Shown here: piece after piece, positions 10,168 through 22,155 of the stretch
Layout: every line of letters begins with the position of its first letter
How positions within the stretch are numbered: position 1 is the first letter of the stretch
From: Candidatus Latescibacterota bacterium
GTDB taxonomy: Bacteria > Latescibacterota > UBA2968 > GCA-2709665
NCBI GenBank assembly: GCA_965205485.1
Contig: OZ242180.1
Span: 1,248,001 to 1,312,000, forward strand
Direction: 5' to 3'
DNA length: 64,000 bases
Notes under the pieces: model-generated
What the model was told of the DNA's origin: nothing
Database searches by the model: none
What the model saw: only the letters and a program-made list of their open reading frames with translations
Made by a program: the position numbers and the translations under genes

Positions 10168-10194
10168 TTTGTACTCTTCTGAGGACCTTCACCT

Positions 10195-10953
10195 ATGGAC
10201 GGCGAATTGTTGCACCGGGGTTTTGTCCCCGGGCCGCTGACGCCCGAGCAATGCGATGCGCTGGATGCCAACGGCTTCGTCATTCTTGAATGCGTCATTG
10301 CTCCCGGCTGGCTGGCGGGGCTGCGCCAGGCTTTCGACGTGATCTTCGCCAGCGAAGGCGACAAAGCCGGTGTTGAAGTTGCCCAGATGGAGGGCGTGCG
10401 CCGCCTGGCCGACCTGGTGAACAAGGGGACGGTCTTCGACAATGTCTACCTGCAGCCGACGCTGCTGACGGCGGTGTGGCACGTGCTCCAGCGGCCGTTC
10501 AAGCTGCACTCGCTCAACGGACACGATCCGCTGCCCGGCAGCGGGTTGCAGGGCTTGCACACGGATTGGGGCGGGCCAACTGAGCCTGGCGGACCGTATC
10601 ACGTCGTCAATTCGATGTGGATGCTCGACGACTTCACCCGGGTCAACGGCGCGACCCGCTGCGTTCCCGGAAGCCACCGCAAGCCCGGCAGAGCCTCGGA
10701 CCACGTAGCCGACTCCATGTCCGATCACCCGGACCAGGTACAGCTGACGGGCCGCGCCGGCTCGATCGCCGTCTTCAATGGCAGTCTCTTTCACAGCTCG
10801 TACCGCAACCTCAGCGACGCCCCCCGCCGCACCCTGCACTGCGCCTTTATCGCCCGAGAACACGCGCAGCAAACGAACCAGCGCGAGTACCTGCGGCCCG
10901 CAACCGCCCGTCGGATCTCGCCGCTCGCACGCTACATCCTGGACGTGGAGTGA
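10195..10953 (+). CDS. PhyH family 2OG-Fe(II) oxygenase
   Basis: LDANGF, LHTD (HxD), NGATRCVPGSH, GSIAVFNGSLFH...N.S...RR. Confidence 0.85.
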   Translation: MDGELLHRGFVPGPLTPEQCDALDANGFVILECVIAPGWLAGLRQAFDVIFASEGDKAGVEVAQMEGVRRLADLVNKGTVFDNVYLQPTLLTAVWHVLQRPFKLHSLNGHDPLPGSGLQGLHTDWGGPTEPGGPYHVVNSMWMLDDFTRVNGATRCVPGSHRKPGRASDHVADSMSDHPDQVQLTGRAGSIAVFNGSLFHSSYRNLSDAPRRTLHCAFIAREHAQQTNQREYLRPATARRISPLARYILDVE

Positions 10954-11129
10954 ACCCCAGGGCATTTCTCATGACCGCTTTTTCTTCTTATGATCCATCG
11001 CGTACGCAGAGGGTAATATTGTACCGATATCGGCAATATGCAATACACGCCAGACGTACGCAAGGGTCCGGCGGCAGCGCTGTTGGAGGAGTGGCGGCGG
11101 TCGAATAGAGCTGTATATAAAGGAAGACC

Positions 11130-11501
11130 ATGAAACGTAAACATATACCGACCAGCAGTCCGTTTGGCGCGGAGTTTGGTTATTCACGCGCCGTGCGTGC
11201 GGACCGTCATATTCACGTCGCCGGTACCTGCGCCCAGCCGCCACATGACCAGGGCAATGCCTACGAGCAGGCGCGGAGCGCATTGGGAATCATCGCCACG
11301 GCGCTAGACGAGACCGGTGCATGCCTCGAAGACGTGGTGCGGACGGTCGTATACATCACGGATGTAGCCCACGCCGATGGCGTCACCCGCGCTCACCGCG
11401 AGGTGTTTGGCGAGATTCTGCCGGCCTCGACCCTGGTTGTCGTCGCCGCGCTGCTCAAGCCGCACCTGGTCGTTGAGATCGAAGCCTACGCCATCGATTG
11501 A
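11130..11501 (+). CDS. RidA/YjgF/UK114 family protein
   Basis: GYSRAVR...HVAGT, DVVRT, PASTLV.V..L....LVVEIEA. Confidence 0.9.
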   Translation: MKRKHIPTSSPFGAEFGYSRAVRADRHIHVAGTCAQPPHDQGNAYEQARSALGIIATALDETGACLEDVVRTVVYITDVAHADGVTRAHREVFGEILPASTLVVVAALLKPHLVVEIEAYAID

Positions 11502-11636
11502 CTCTGGCTCGCAGCGCGTGGAAGAATAGAGCCAGATCCTGTCCATTGCCGTGTTTTGCCGCGGCCCGATTGCCAGCACGGTCACCAGCGGCGATTGGGT
11601 CCGCCTGGAAACCGCCACTGGAGGTGTATAGTACCT

Positions 11637-13184
11637 ATGTCCTCGACCCGCCCTCGAATATGGCCTCTCTATCTGCTCGGAGGCATCGTCGTCCTGGCGC
11701 TCCTGCTGATCTGGTTGCCCGAATCCCTCCATCGCCAGCAACAGGTTATGCGCACCATGGGCATCTTCATACTCGCCGTTTTCCTCGCTTTGATCTGGCT
11801 GCTCTTTGCGTCGCGGCTGCCATGGGGACGGCGCCTGCGCTATTTCGGCGGCATCGTCTTCCTCATCGCGCTTGGCGTCGGGTTTCTTCGCGTCAAAGGG
11901 TTGAGCGGCGATTTCGTACCGGTCCTCGAATGGCGTTGGAGCGCTGAGGGTGAAGCCGCCGTCGCGGAAGGAGGGGACGCCACCACGCTCGACGCCCGTG
12001 ATTGGCCGCAATTTCTCGGCCCCGAGCGTAACAACCGCCTCCGTGGCGTCCGCCTCGAGCGCGACTGGACCAGGCGCCCGCCGCGCGAAATCTGGCGTCG
12101 CCCCGTTGGCGCCGGCTGGTCCTCCATTGCCATTGCCGGCGGCCGGGCCGTCACCCAGGAGCAACACGGTCCCGAGGAGCAGGTTGTCTGCTACGACCTG
12201 GCGACGGGCCGCAAGCTCTGGCAACACGCCGACTCGACCCGCTATGAGTCCGCCATCGCCGGGGTCGGTCCGCGCGCGACGCCTACCATCGCCGGAGACC
12301 GGGTTTTCACCATGGGCGCGACCGGCATCCTGAATTGTCTGGACGTGGCCAACGGGGCGCTGATCTGGTCGCGGGACATCCTCGCCGACAATCGGGCTGA
12401 GGCCAATATGTGGGGCATCAGCTGTTCGCCGCTGGTCCTCGACACGCTGGTGGTCGTCAGTGCCGGAGGCCCGGATGAGCGCTCGCTGGTGGCCTATCAC
12501 CGTCAGACCGGCGCGTTTGTCTGGGGCGGGGGCACGGACAGGGCCGGCTACAGTTCACCGCGTCTGGTCACGCTGGCCGGGCGCGAGCAGATCCTGATCT
12601 TCAACAGCCATAGCGTCGTCGCACACGATCCGCACAGCGGAGATCCCCTCTGGCGTCAGCCCTGGGACCAGGTCCAATGCGTTGTCAACCCTCTGCCCTT
12701 GCCCGGGAACCGGGTTCTGGTCTCCACCGGCTACGGCATTGGCGCCAGGCTGTATCAGATTAACGCCGCGGCCGAAGGCGGATTGACGAGCGAGATCGTC
12801 TGGAGAAGCCCTCGGCTCAAGGCCAAGTTTGCCAACATGGTCCATCGCGATGGGTTTGTCTATGGCCTCGACGACGGGGTGCTGGTCTGCCTCGACCCGC
12901 AAGACGGCAAGCGCCGCTGGAAGCGAGGGCGCTACGGCCACGGCCAGCTCATCCTGATAGGTGATGTCCTGTTGATCATGGGCGAATCGGGCGACGTGGT
13001 ACTGGTCGAGGCCCAACCCGACCGCCACGTCGAACTGGCGCGCATGACAGCCTTCGCGGGCAAAACCTGGAATCCCCCGTCCTTTGCCGCACCCTATCTG
13101 CTGGTGCGCACGGATAGCGAGGCCGTCTGCTACGAATTGGCGCTTGCGAACAATACTCAGGCGCATCTTTTCGACCGGGATTAA
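11637..13184 (+). CDS. Membrane-anchored PQQ-like beta-propeller (BamB-like) protein
   Basis: Three N-terminal hydrophobic helices, then DWPQFLGP.R, WRRPVGAGWSS, GPRATPTI, YSSP, G..RW repeats, KTWNPP; ATG 11637 follows GGAGG. Confidence 0.8.
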   Translation: MSSTRPRIWPLYLLGGIVVLALLLIWLPESLHRQQQVMRTMGIFILAVFLALIWLLFASRLPWGRRLRYFGGIVFLIALGVGFLRVKGLSGDFVPVLEWRWSAEGEAAVAEGGDATTLDARDWPQFLGPERNNRLRGVRLERDWTRRPPREIWRRPVGAGWSSIAIAGGRAVTQEQHGPEEQVVCYDLATGRKLWQHADSTRYESAIAGVGPRATPTIAGDRVFTMGATGILNCLDVANGALIWSRDILADNRAEANMWGISCSPLVLDTLVVVSAGGPDERSLVAYHRQTGAFVWGGGTDRAGYSSPRLVTLAGREQILIFNSHSVVAHDPHSGDPLWRQPWDQVQCVVNPLPLPGNRVLVSTGYGIGARLYQINAAAEGGLTSEIVWRSPRLKAKFANMVHRDGFVYGLDDGVLVCLDPQDGKRRWKRGRYGHGQLILIGDVLLIMGESGDVVLVEAQPDRHVELARMTAFAGKTWNPPSFAAPYLLVRTDSEAVCYELALANNTQAHLFDRD

Positions 13185-13215
13185 GAACGCGGCCGTCGAA
13201 CTCAAACGAATCTAA

Positions 13216-13377
13216 GAAGCTGTTTTAAAATTACCGGTGAGTTCCCGAGCGCGAGCGAAAAAGTGGCGGTCAAGGCGGGAAAGCCCGCCCATATTTGCCT
13301 ATACGGGCGGGCTTGACCAACGCCGACCTGCGCTTTTGCAGCCGCGCGAAGACCGCTGGGAATTTTAAGACAGCTTC
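13216..13377. mobile_element. MITE-like element with terminal inverted repeats
   Basis: GAAGCTGTTTTAAAATT (13216-13232) vs AATTTTAAGACAGCTTC (13361-13377), 16/17 match; internal palindrome AAGCCCGCCC..GGGCGGGCTT; lies between convergent genes. Confidence 0.65.
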
Positions 13378-13391
13378 CAAAATCCCCCGTG

Positions 13392-13766
13392 CTATTTCCC
13401 CTGGTTCTGTCCCTGGAGAACAGTCAGCGCATCCCAAGTCGCCGGAAATCCGCCGAAGGCGCTCATCTGCAGCATGACCTCCTCTATCTCCGTCCTCGTC
13501 GAGCCACAACCAAGGGCCCGGTCAATGTGAACGGCAAGTTGCTGCGGCCTGCCGAGTACCGTCAACGCCGCGATCGTGCATAGCAGACGGGTCTTGATGT
13601 CCAGCCCGTCCCTACCGTACAGGTCATGCATCACCTGCTCCATCACGAGTCGTTCGAACTCCGGATGAAGTGCGCGCATCCTTTCGGCGGAGTCCTTTGC
13701 AGCGGCCTCTCCGAGCATCGACGAAAGAACTCTGCGGCCTGCTTCGTAGCGGTCGCTTTCGGCCAT
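13392..13766 (-). CDS. Carboxymuconolactone decarboxylase (CMD) family protein
   Basis: LYGRDGLDIKTRLLCTIAAL..LGR..QL..H...AL..G....EI.EV.LQ...FGGFP. Confidence 0.9.
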   Translation of the reverse strand: MAESDRYEAGRRVLSSMLGEAAAKDSAERMRALHPEFERLVMEQVMHDLYGRDGLDIKTRLLCTIAALTVLGRPQQLAVHIDRALGCGSTRTEIEEVMLQMSAFGGFPATWDALTVLQGQNQGK

Positions 13767-13853
13767 ACATCCTCCCCCTTGGGTATCGAATGAAATCTCG
13801 ACTGAACCGGCGACCGCTGCGAGCCGGGCAAGGCATCGGTCGGCGCGTGACGC

Positions 13854-14330
13854 TTACTCATTGCGGAACGCCTTCAACATCCCGGCGATATCCAGCTTGT
13901 TCATCTTCATAAATGCGGCGGTGACGCGTTCGACCGCCGACGTGTCGTCACTGGCCATCATTTGTCCCAGCGCGGTGGGAACGATCTGCCAGGAGACGCC
14001 GAAGCGATCGGTCAACCAGCCGCATCGGCCTTCCTCGCCGCCATCGGACGTCAGGCGTGCCCACAATCTGTCCACCTCGTTCTGATCGACACAGTTTACG
14101 GACAGCGACATCGCCGGGCTGTGTGTGTACATGGGACCACCGTTGATGATGCAGAACTCCTGCCCTGCCAGTACAAACTCCGCGGTCATGATTTCGCCGG
14201 CCTTGCCCATGCCGGCTTCGGTGTAGCGCGTGATGTTCGTAACGCGTGCATCTTCGAAGCACGACGTGTAGAGTTCGAGCGCTTCCTCCACCCGGCCGTC
14301 AAACCAAAGATTGGTGACGATTTTCTGCAT
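13854..14330 (-). CDS. VOC family protein (PhnB / 3-demethylubiquinone-9 3-methyltransferase-like)
   Basis: MQKIVTNLWFD, NGGP, CGWLTDRFGVSWQIVP, MKMNKLDIA. Confidence 0.9.
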   Translation of the reverse strand: MQKIVTNLWFDGRVEEALELYTSCFEDARVTNITRYTEAGMGKAGEIMTAEFVLAGQEFCIINGGPMYTHSPAMSLSVNCVDQNEVDRLWARLTSDGGEEGRCGWLTDRFGVSWQIVPTALGQMMASDDTSAVERVTAAFMKMNKLDIAGMLKAFRNE

Positions 14331-14487
14331 GGGTTATTCCCCTCTGTTCAAATTGACTGTGTACGTCATCATTGACTCGATCTTCCTGCCGGATTCCGAA
14401 TAGAATCAAGAAAAACGCGCCGATGTCGCGAATACGGGATTCGCCGAAATCGGACGCAAACGTCCGGCAACGCACCCGACAGATCGT

Positions 14488-15903
14488 TCATGCGAACAAT
14501 TCTTTTATCAATACGCGAGCCCGGTCGATGACCGTTTCGAGGCAGCCGGGAGCGAGCTTGGCCCAGTAGGTCACGTCTTCGTTGGCCTCGTGTCCCCCGC
14601 GCTCGTAGGCCGCCCGCGTCGGCAGGTAGCCGACGTAGTGCGTCGTGAGGTGCGCCGGGAAGAGATACGGCGCCGGCGAGTTGGTCTTGAGCGCGAGTTG
14701 TCCTTCCACGAAGGGTTCTCCAGGCAGGCCAATAACGCACAGGTCGCCGATGCGGAACGCCTGGATTTCGTAGCTGAACTCGGCGTCCCGTTTCCGGCAC
14801 AGTTCGACGCTGCGGGTCGAAGCGGCCCGGAACCACAGTGGGTCCACCTGTCCGTTTGCGCCGCGCGGCGGTTCGGGACTCCCGGACAGGATCGCTTCGA
14901 CCTCGCGCAGGCGCTCGTCCGGAATCTCGCGGAACGGCAAGCCGATCGTCGCGTCGCGATAAGCCAGCGCAGCGTTATCGTTGAACGCCAGACTGTGAAC
15001 AATTCCTTCGGTCATCCCGGCCAGTTTGCGCCCCATTCTCTGGTGGTCCGGCCGGTAATCCGAATCGAAGGGATGCCTGGGGTTGATGTTGCCGCAGCAG
15101 CCGTTGACGACAAGCGGTACCGCGTCGGAGCCGAAACGCAGTTCCATCTCCCGCGTCCATGCGCCGGGCCAGTCCGCCGATACCGCCCGGTAGGTGTCGC
15201 GATGACTGAACGCATTGACGGGGTGACAGGTGTAGTGCAGGAGAAAGGCCAGCGGACGTCTATTCGCGTCCTGAACGCAGCATACGCCGACTTCCGGATC
15301 GATGGGCCCCTCGAGATAACAGACATCCGTGTTTCCGAACGGCCTTTTTTCCCGGCCCAGGGGGGCGGGCATGGTGATGGTTCCGTCCCGCCGGATGCCG
15401 CGCCGATTGAACGCCAGGTCTCCTAACACGCCGCGCCCCAGACCGATGCGCGCGGGTTGCAGCCTGCCCGCCGCTTCGACCGCTGCCTCCACCGCGGCTG
15501 CCGCCGCCCGGTCGCCGTAGGCGCGTTCGGCTCCGCGCAGATACTCCGTCGCCCCGTTGGTCTCGAGGGGAAAATCCGGATCCAGCATGAAGTGGCCCAG
15601 GCTCGGCGCGGAGTGCGTCTGGGTGGCCTGGACCATAATCGCCTCGGGTGCGACGCCCGTCCGCTCGGCTATAGCGGCGCGGATCCGCTCCGAGTAGTCC
15701 TGGGTGACGATCGTGAGATCCAGGATGACGATGCAAACGCGCCGCCCACCGCTTTCGAAGACGATGGCTCTTGCAAAGAGCGGATCCAGAACGGTCTCGG
15801 CCGGCCGGTGCTCGCCGGCGCCGCTTCCGGCCAGGTGCGTCCCCAATGGCGGCGTGATATCAACCGTCGCCGCTCCCGCTCTCAAATGGTTGGTCTTGGA
15901 CAT
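14488..15903 (-). CDS. Neutral/alkaline ceramidase-like N-terminal domain protein
   Basis: RAGAA.VDITPPLG..LAG, LDPL.ARA, ATQTHSAP, NRR, GPIDPEV, YTCHP, SADWPG, GCCGNINP, GLPGEPFVE. Confidence 0.7.
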   Translation of the reverse strand: MSKTNHLRAGAATVDITPPLGTHLAGSGAGEHRPAETVLDPLFARAIVFESGGRRVCIVILDLTIVTQDYSERIRAAIAERTGVAPEAIMVQATQTHSAPSLGHFMLDPDFPLETNGATEYLRGAERAYGDRAAAAAVEAAVEAAGRLQPARIGLGRGVLGDLAFNRRGIRRDGTITMPAPLGREKRPFGNTDVCYLEGPIDPEVGVCCVQDANRRPLAFLLHYTCHPVNAFSHRDTYRAVSADWPGAWTREMELRFGSDAVPLVVNGCCGNINPRHPFDSDYRPDHQRMGRKLAGMTEGIVHSLAFNDNAALAYRDATIGLPFREIPDERLREVEAILSGSPEPPRGANGQVDPLWFRAASTRSVELCRKRDAEFSYEIQAFRIGDLCVIGLPGEPFVEGQLALKTNSPAPYLFPAHLTTHYVGYLPTRAAYERGGHEANEDVTYWAKLAPGCLETVIDRARVLIKELFA

Positions 15904-16194
15904 GGTTTTTCCTTCTTGCGCCAAAGGCGTTTAAGGGTACAATGGGATCGACATCGGGACCGGTTGGAAAGTCGTGTCGGTCGCTGTCGCGCGCTGGCCT
16001 CCTCAGGATGACATGCTCTGCGAGGGTGTGGGCTCAGCGTTTCGCCAATTGTTATCGCAAGACATGTCAATCACAGCGCGGCGAAGAATCTCCCGTATTC
16101 TCGATTGTACGTGTAGCGTACGGTCTTTGTAGACGACCTTGTGCGCGGACGCTTTGGCCCGGACAAGCGATCATTTGCCCTGCTCTTGGTTTCC

Positions 16195-16267
16195 AATCCT
16201 GCTTAATCCTGCCTGATCCTGTGAATCCTGATCAGTCTTTGTCCTGTTCATCCTGTCTATCCATGTT
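16195..16267. repeat. Tandem 9-nt-period ATCCTG repeats
   Basis: AATCCTGCT TAATCCTGCC TGATCCTGTG AATCCTG...GTCCTGTTC ATCCTGTCT ATCCATG. Confidence 0.7.
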
Positions 16268-16337
16268 TAATGTATTATTCAAATATATGCATCCATTTTG
16301 GGCAGAAGTCACGCCGTAAATTTCCAAGGGACAATGC

Positions 16338-17477
16338 ATGGACATTCAGACGCGTCTCATTCACGCCGGCGAGGAGCGCATTGAGGGCGCCGTGGTGCTG
16401 CCGATCTTCCAGAGTTCGACCTTTGTTTCACAGGACGAGCAGGACTACAACGACATCCGCTATCTCCGCCTGAACAACACACCCAATCACCGCGCACTGC
16501 ACGCCAAGCTGGCCGCTGTCAGCGGCGGTGAAGACGCGCTCGTAACCGGCTCGGGGATGGCCGCGATTACGACGGCATTGATTACCGTACTCAACAGCGG
16601 TGATCATCTGCTGATCCAGGACTGTCTCTACGGGGGCACGCACAGCTTTGTGACGCAGGATGCCCCGCGCCTGGGGATTGATTTCGACTTTATCGCCGGG
16701 AACACGCCGGAGACGTGGGCGGACAAGCTCCGTCCGGAAACCCGGGCGATTTACGTGGAGACCATGACCAATCCGCTGCTGGAGGTCGCCGATCTCGAGG
16801 CGGTCGTGGAATTCGCCCGCGAATATGGGCTCGTCTCCCTGATCGACAATACCTTTGCCTCCCCGTGCAACTTCCGCCCGCTGGAAATCGGGTTCGATAT
16901 CGAACTGCACAGCGCGACCAAGTACCTGAACGGTCACTCGGACCTGGTCGCGGGCGCGATCGCAGGGTCCTCCGCACACGTCGAGGCCATCAGGCACAAG
17001 CTGAATCATCTGGGCGGTTCGCTGGATACGCACGCCTGTTTTTTGCTGCAGCGGGGCTTGAAGACACTGGCGCTCAGAGTGCGCCAACACAATGAGAACG
17101 GTCTGACGCTGGCGCGCTTTCTATCCGGGCAGGAGCAGGTGGCCCGGGTGAACTATCCGGGGCTGGTGAGCCATCCACAATACGAACGGGCACAGCGGTT
17201 GTTTAGCGGTTCTGGCGGGGTGCTGAGCTTTGAGCTGCACGGTGGCGTGGCCGCGGCGGAGCGGCTACTGTCCGGGCTGACGCTGCCGGTAACGGCCCCC
17301 AGTCTCGGAGGCGTCGAAACCCTCATTACGCGTCCCGCCGCCACATCGCACAGCGGCATGAGCCCGGAAGATAGGGCGGAACTTGGAATAACCGACGGCC
17401 TCGTCCGTGTGGCGTGCGGCATCGAAGCCGCCGAGGATCTGTGCGCGGACTTCGCGAAGGCGTTCGCCGAAGTGTAG
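16338..17477 (+). CDS. Cystathionine gamma-synthase/lyase family PLP enzyme
   Basis: SGMAAI, YGGT, ETMTNP, DNTFASP, HSATKYLNGHSD (PLP lysine), SLGGVETLI. Confidence 0.92.
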   Translation: MDIQTRLIHAGEERIEGAVVLPIFQSSTFVSQDEQDYNDIRYLRLNNTPNHRALHAKLAAVSGGEDALVTGSGMAAITTALITVLNSGDHLLIQDCLYGGTHSFVTQDAPRLGIDFDFIAGNTPETWADKLRPETRAIYVETMTNPLLEVADLEAVVEFAREYGLVSLIDNTFASPCNFRPLEIGFDIELHSATKYLNGHSDLVAGAIAGSSAHVEAIRHKLNHLGGSLDTHACFLLQRGLKTLALRVRQHNENGLTLARFLSGQEQVARVNYPGLVSHPQYERAQRLFSGSGGVLSFELHGGVAAAERLLSGLTLPVTAPSLGGVETLITRPAATSHSGMSPEDRAELGITDGLVRVACGIEAAEDLCADFAKAFAEV

Positions 17478-17627
17478 GATCTATGCAATGTGCGCAGGAA
17501 AATCAGGAGAAGATGTCGGCTAAAGGCAGTGCGCCGTTGCGTGAGCCAGATTCCCCTTGCCTGTGAACCGGCGAACGTCGTATTTTATCCGTCTACGCCA
17601 ACAACACACCTGGCTCGCAACGGTTAG

Positions 17628-19796
<2,169 letters not shown>

Positions 19797-19889
19797 CCGA
19801 GACGGGACGTCGCAGGGCGGCAACAGGGCATCCAGGCGAATCCGTTGCCTTGGCGACGTTATGCGGTGTCCAATTTCAGGGTGTACGAA

Positions 19890-20954
19890 ATGTGGGGACG
19901 AATCGCCCGACGCGGTGCGGCCCGCAATGGACAGGGTCATAGGAGACCATCCGAAGCCTTCCGCGAGTCCACCTATCCTCCTCCGTATCCCGATGGGTGG
20001 TACAGGGTGGCGGCATCGGCTGACATCAGCCGCGGCGAAGTAACGTACGTCGAATGTCTTGGGAAGCAGATTGCGCTCTTCCGGAGCGAATTGGACGGAC
20101 AAATCTTCGCAGTCGATGCCTTCTGCCCGCACATGGGTGCCAATTTGGCCCATGGCACGGTAATTGGCGACCAGTTGCGATGTCCCTTCCACGGCTGGCG
20201 GATTGACGGACTTGGACAGATCCGAGGCACTCCCACGAACGACAAACTACCAACCAGGACCCATACACACTGGGAAGTGATGGATTATTACGGCATGGTC
20301 GTGGTCTACCACGCAGAGCACATGCCGGATCGAGTCCTTTACCGCCTTCGCGAACAGAGCAGGATAGATCGCGGGCAGTTTGATTACCGGGGGAAGTACG
20401 AAGCCGGCGAAGTGGGCATGCATCTCATAGAGTTCGCCGAAAACGCCGTGGACTTCCAGCATTTCCCTGAGATCCACGGCGTCATGCATATACCGTGGAC
20501 CCGGTTCCCCATCCCCTTCATCAAGATTCACCACGAAGCGAGTTGGGAATCCGATGCCGACTCGACTCATCTTGCCTATTTCAATGATCATAGCATGCTC
20601 GAGATACTGGGTCGAAAGATGCAAAATACCGCGGCCACCGCCAGAATCACTTTCCATGGACCTGGCGGTATCGTCCAGTTTGATTTTTCAATTCCCAATC
20701 TGGGCGGAATCACCATGTTTCAGACGCATACGCCCATCGCACCGCTCAAGCAGCAAGTTCATTTCTCGTGGTTCGCAGAAAAGCGCGTTTCCCGGATTCT
20801 GGCCAGTTATGTAGTGGGTAACTGGGTGTCGCAATGGCGGAGGGACGTGGAGATCTGGGAGAACAAGATCTACAGACGGAAACCGTTGCTCACCAGGTCC
20901 GACGGGCCCGTGCATCGAATGCGCCAATGGTACCAACAGTTCTACGCGACATGA
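19890..20954 (+). CDS. Rieske [2Fe-2S] oxygenase, Neverland/DAF-36 (cholesterol 7-desaturase)-like
   Basis: PPPYPDGWY; C-P-H-x16-C-P-F-H; mononuclear iron E-x3-D-x2-H-x4-H (ENAVDFQHFPEIH); C-terminal RDVEIWENKIY..P.L...DGP....RQWYQQFY; start codon uncertain. Confidence 0.8.
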   Translation: MWGRIARRGAARNGQGHRRPSEAFRESTYPPPYPDGWYRVAASADISRGEVTYVECLGKQIALFRSELDGQIFAVDAFCPHMGANLAHGTVIGDQLRCPFHGWRIDGLGQIRGTPTNDKLPTRTHTHWEVMDYYGMVVVYHAEHMPDRVLYRLREQSRIDRGQFDYRGKYEAGEVGMHLIEFAENAVDFQHFPEIHGVMHIPWTRFPIPFIKIHHEASWESDADSTHLAYFNDHSMLEILGRKMQNTAATARITFHGPGGIVQFDFSIPNLGGITMFQTHTPIAPLKQQVHFSWFAEKRVSRILASYVVGNWVSQWRRDVEIWENKIYRRKPLLTRSDGPVHRMRQWYQQFYAT

Positions 20955-20973
20955 CCCGACGAAGTGTAGAATA

Positions 20974-21999
20974 ATGACTGGCCCCATACACATCCCGGTT
21001 TCGAAGGGTGTTAAGCGAGAAGCAACCGTGCGGGCTGCCGAAAAATACCGCAGTTTTCATGACGAAGGAAATGGCGGAGGTTATCAAGATCGAAAGCGCC
21101 GTTACATGGAAATGGTCAACCAGTATTATAATCTGGTTACCGATTTCTACGAGTATGGATGGGGTCGGTCCTTTCACTTTGCGCCGCGCAAACGGCACGA
21201 GTCATTTGAGGATTCCCTGATCCGCCACGAACTTTTCCTCGCCGAAGCTATCGGCCTCCATCCCGGTATGAGGGTGTTGGACGTCGGTTGCGGCGTAGGG
21301 GGTCCGATGCGTTTGATGGCGAGGAAGTTCGGCGCCCATGTGGTTGGTCTCAATAACAATGAATATCAACTGGACAAGTGCGAAGCCTACAACAAAGCGG
21401 CCGGCCTCCAGCATCAGACAGAGATTCTGCATGGCGACTACATGCAGATCCCGGCCCCGGATGCCAGTTTCGATACCGCCTTCCAGATCGAGGCCACGCC
21501 CCATGCACCGGACAAGGAGGGGGCCTTTGCCGAAATTTGGCGCGTGCTGCGACCAGGCGGCAGGTTCGGCGGCTACGAGTGGTGTACGACTCCCGGTTAC
21601 AACGCCGAGGATCCAGCCCATCAGGAGTTAAAGAAGGGCATTGAGACGGGCAACGGTCTCCCGGATATCGCGTCGTTCGATGACGTGGTCGGAGCCTTGC
21701 GAAGCGCGGGATTTGAAGTAATCGAATCCTTCGATGCCGCCGACAGATCCGACCCGGAGACGCCCTGGTACCGTGCGCTGGAGGGTCGTGACGTATCTTT
21801 GGCAAGCCTGCCGAGAACGGCCATCGGCCGGTTTGTCACCACTTGGACACTGCGGTTACTCGAGCCGCTCCGCATCGTGCCAAAGGGCACGACCGATGTA
21901 CAGAAATTGCTGAACCTGGCTGCCGACAGCCTCGTTGCCGGCGGCCGCCTCGGCATATTCACGCCGATGTTCTACTACACGGCGCGCAAGCCGCAATGA
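20974..21999 (+). CDS. Sterol 24-C-methyltransferase (ERG6/SMT family)
   Basis: All four SMT regions present: YYNLVTDFYEYGWGRSFHF, LDVGCGVGGP, IEATPHAP, RPGG.F..YEW; plus C-terminal LVAGGRLGIFTPM...ARKP. Confidence 0.92.
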   Translation: MTGPIHIPVSKGVKREATVRAAEKYRSFHDEGNGGGYQDRKRRYMEMVNQYYNLVTDFYEYGWGRSFHFAPRKRHESFEDSLIRHELFLAEAIGLHPGMRVLDVGCGVGGPMRLMARKFGAHVVGLNNNEYQLDKCEAYNKAAGLQHQTEILHGDYMQIPAPDASFDTAFQIEATPHAPDKEGAFAEIWRVLRPGGRFGGYEWCTTPGYNAEDPAHQELKKGIETGNGLPDIASFDDVVGALRSAGFEVIESFDAADRSDPETPWYRALEGRDVSLASLPRTAIGRFVTTWTLRLLEPLRIVPKGTTDVQKLLNLAADSLVAGGRLGIFTPMFYYTARKPQ

Positions 22000-22155
22000 T
22001 GACCTCCCAATCAAACTGACTTTTCAAGCACCCGCTGTTTGCGTCGGTCCATGAACTGTCCGGATTATTTGGGATTTTTCCGATGCCTGTGTACTTCTCG
22101 AATCCGGCCTGTTCGGGCGGCCGCAGTCCAAAGGCAGAAGAAGAAAGGAACGACG

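Noticed and set aside
15925..16337. SAM or other riboswitch upstream of the cystathionine gamma-synthase-like gene
   Set aside because: No recognisable aptamer consensus by eye; an Rfam scan would be needed
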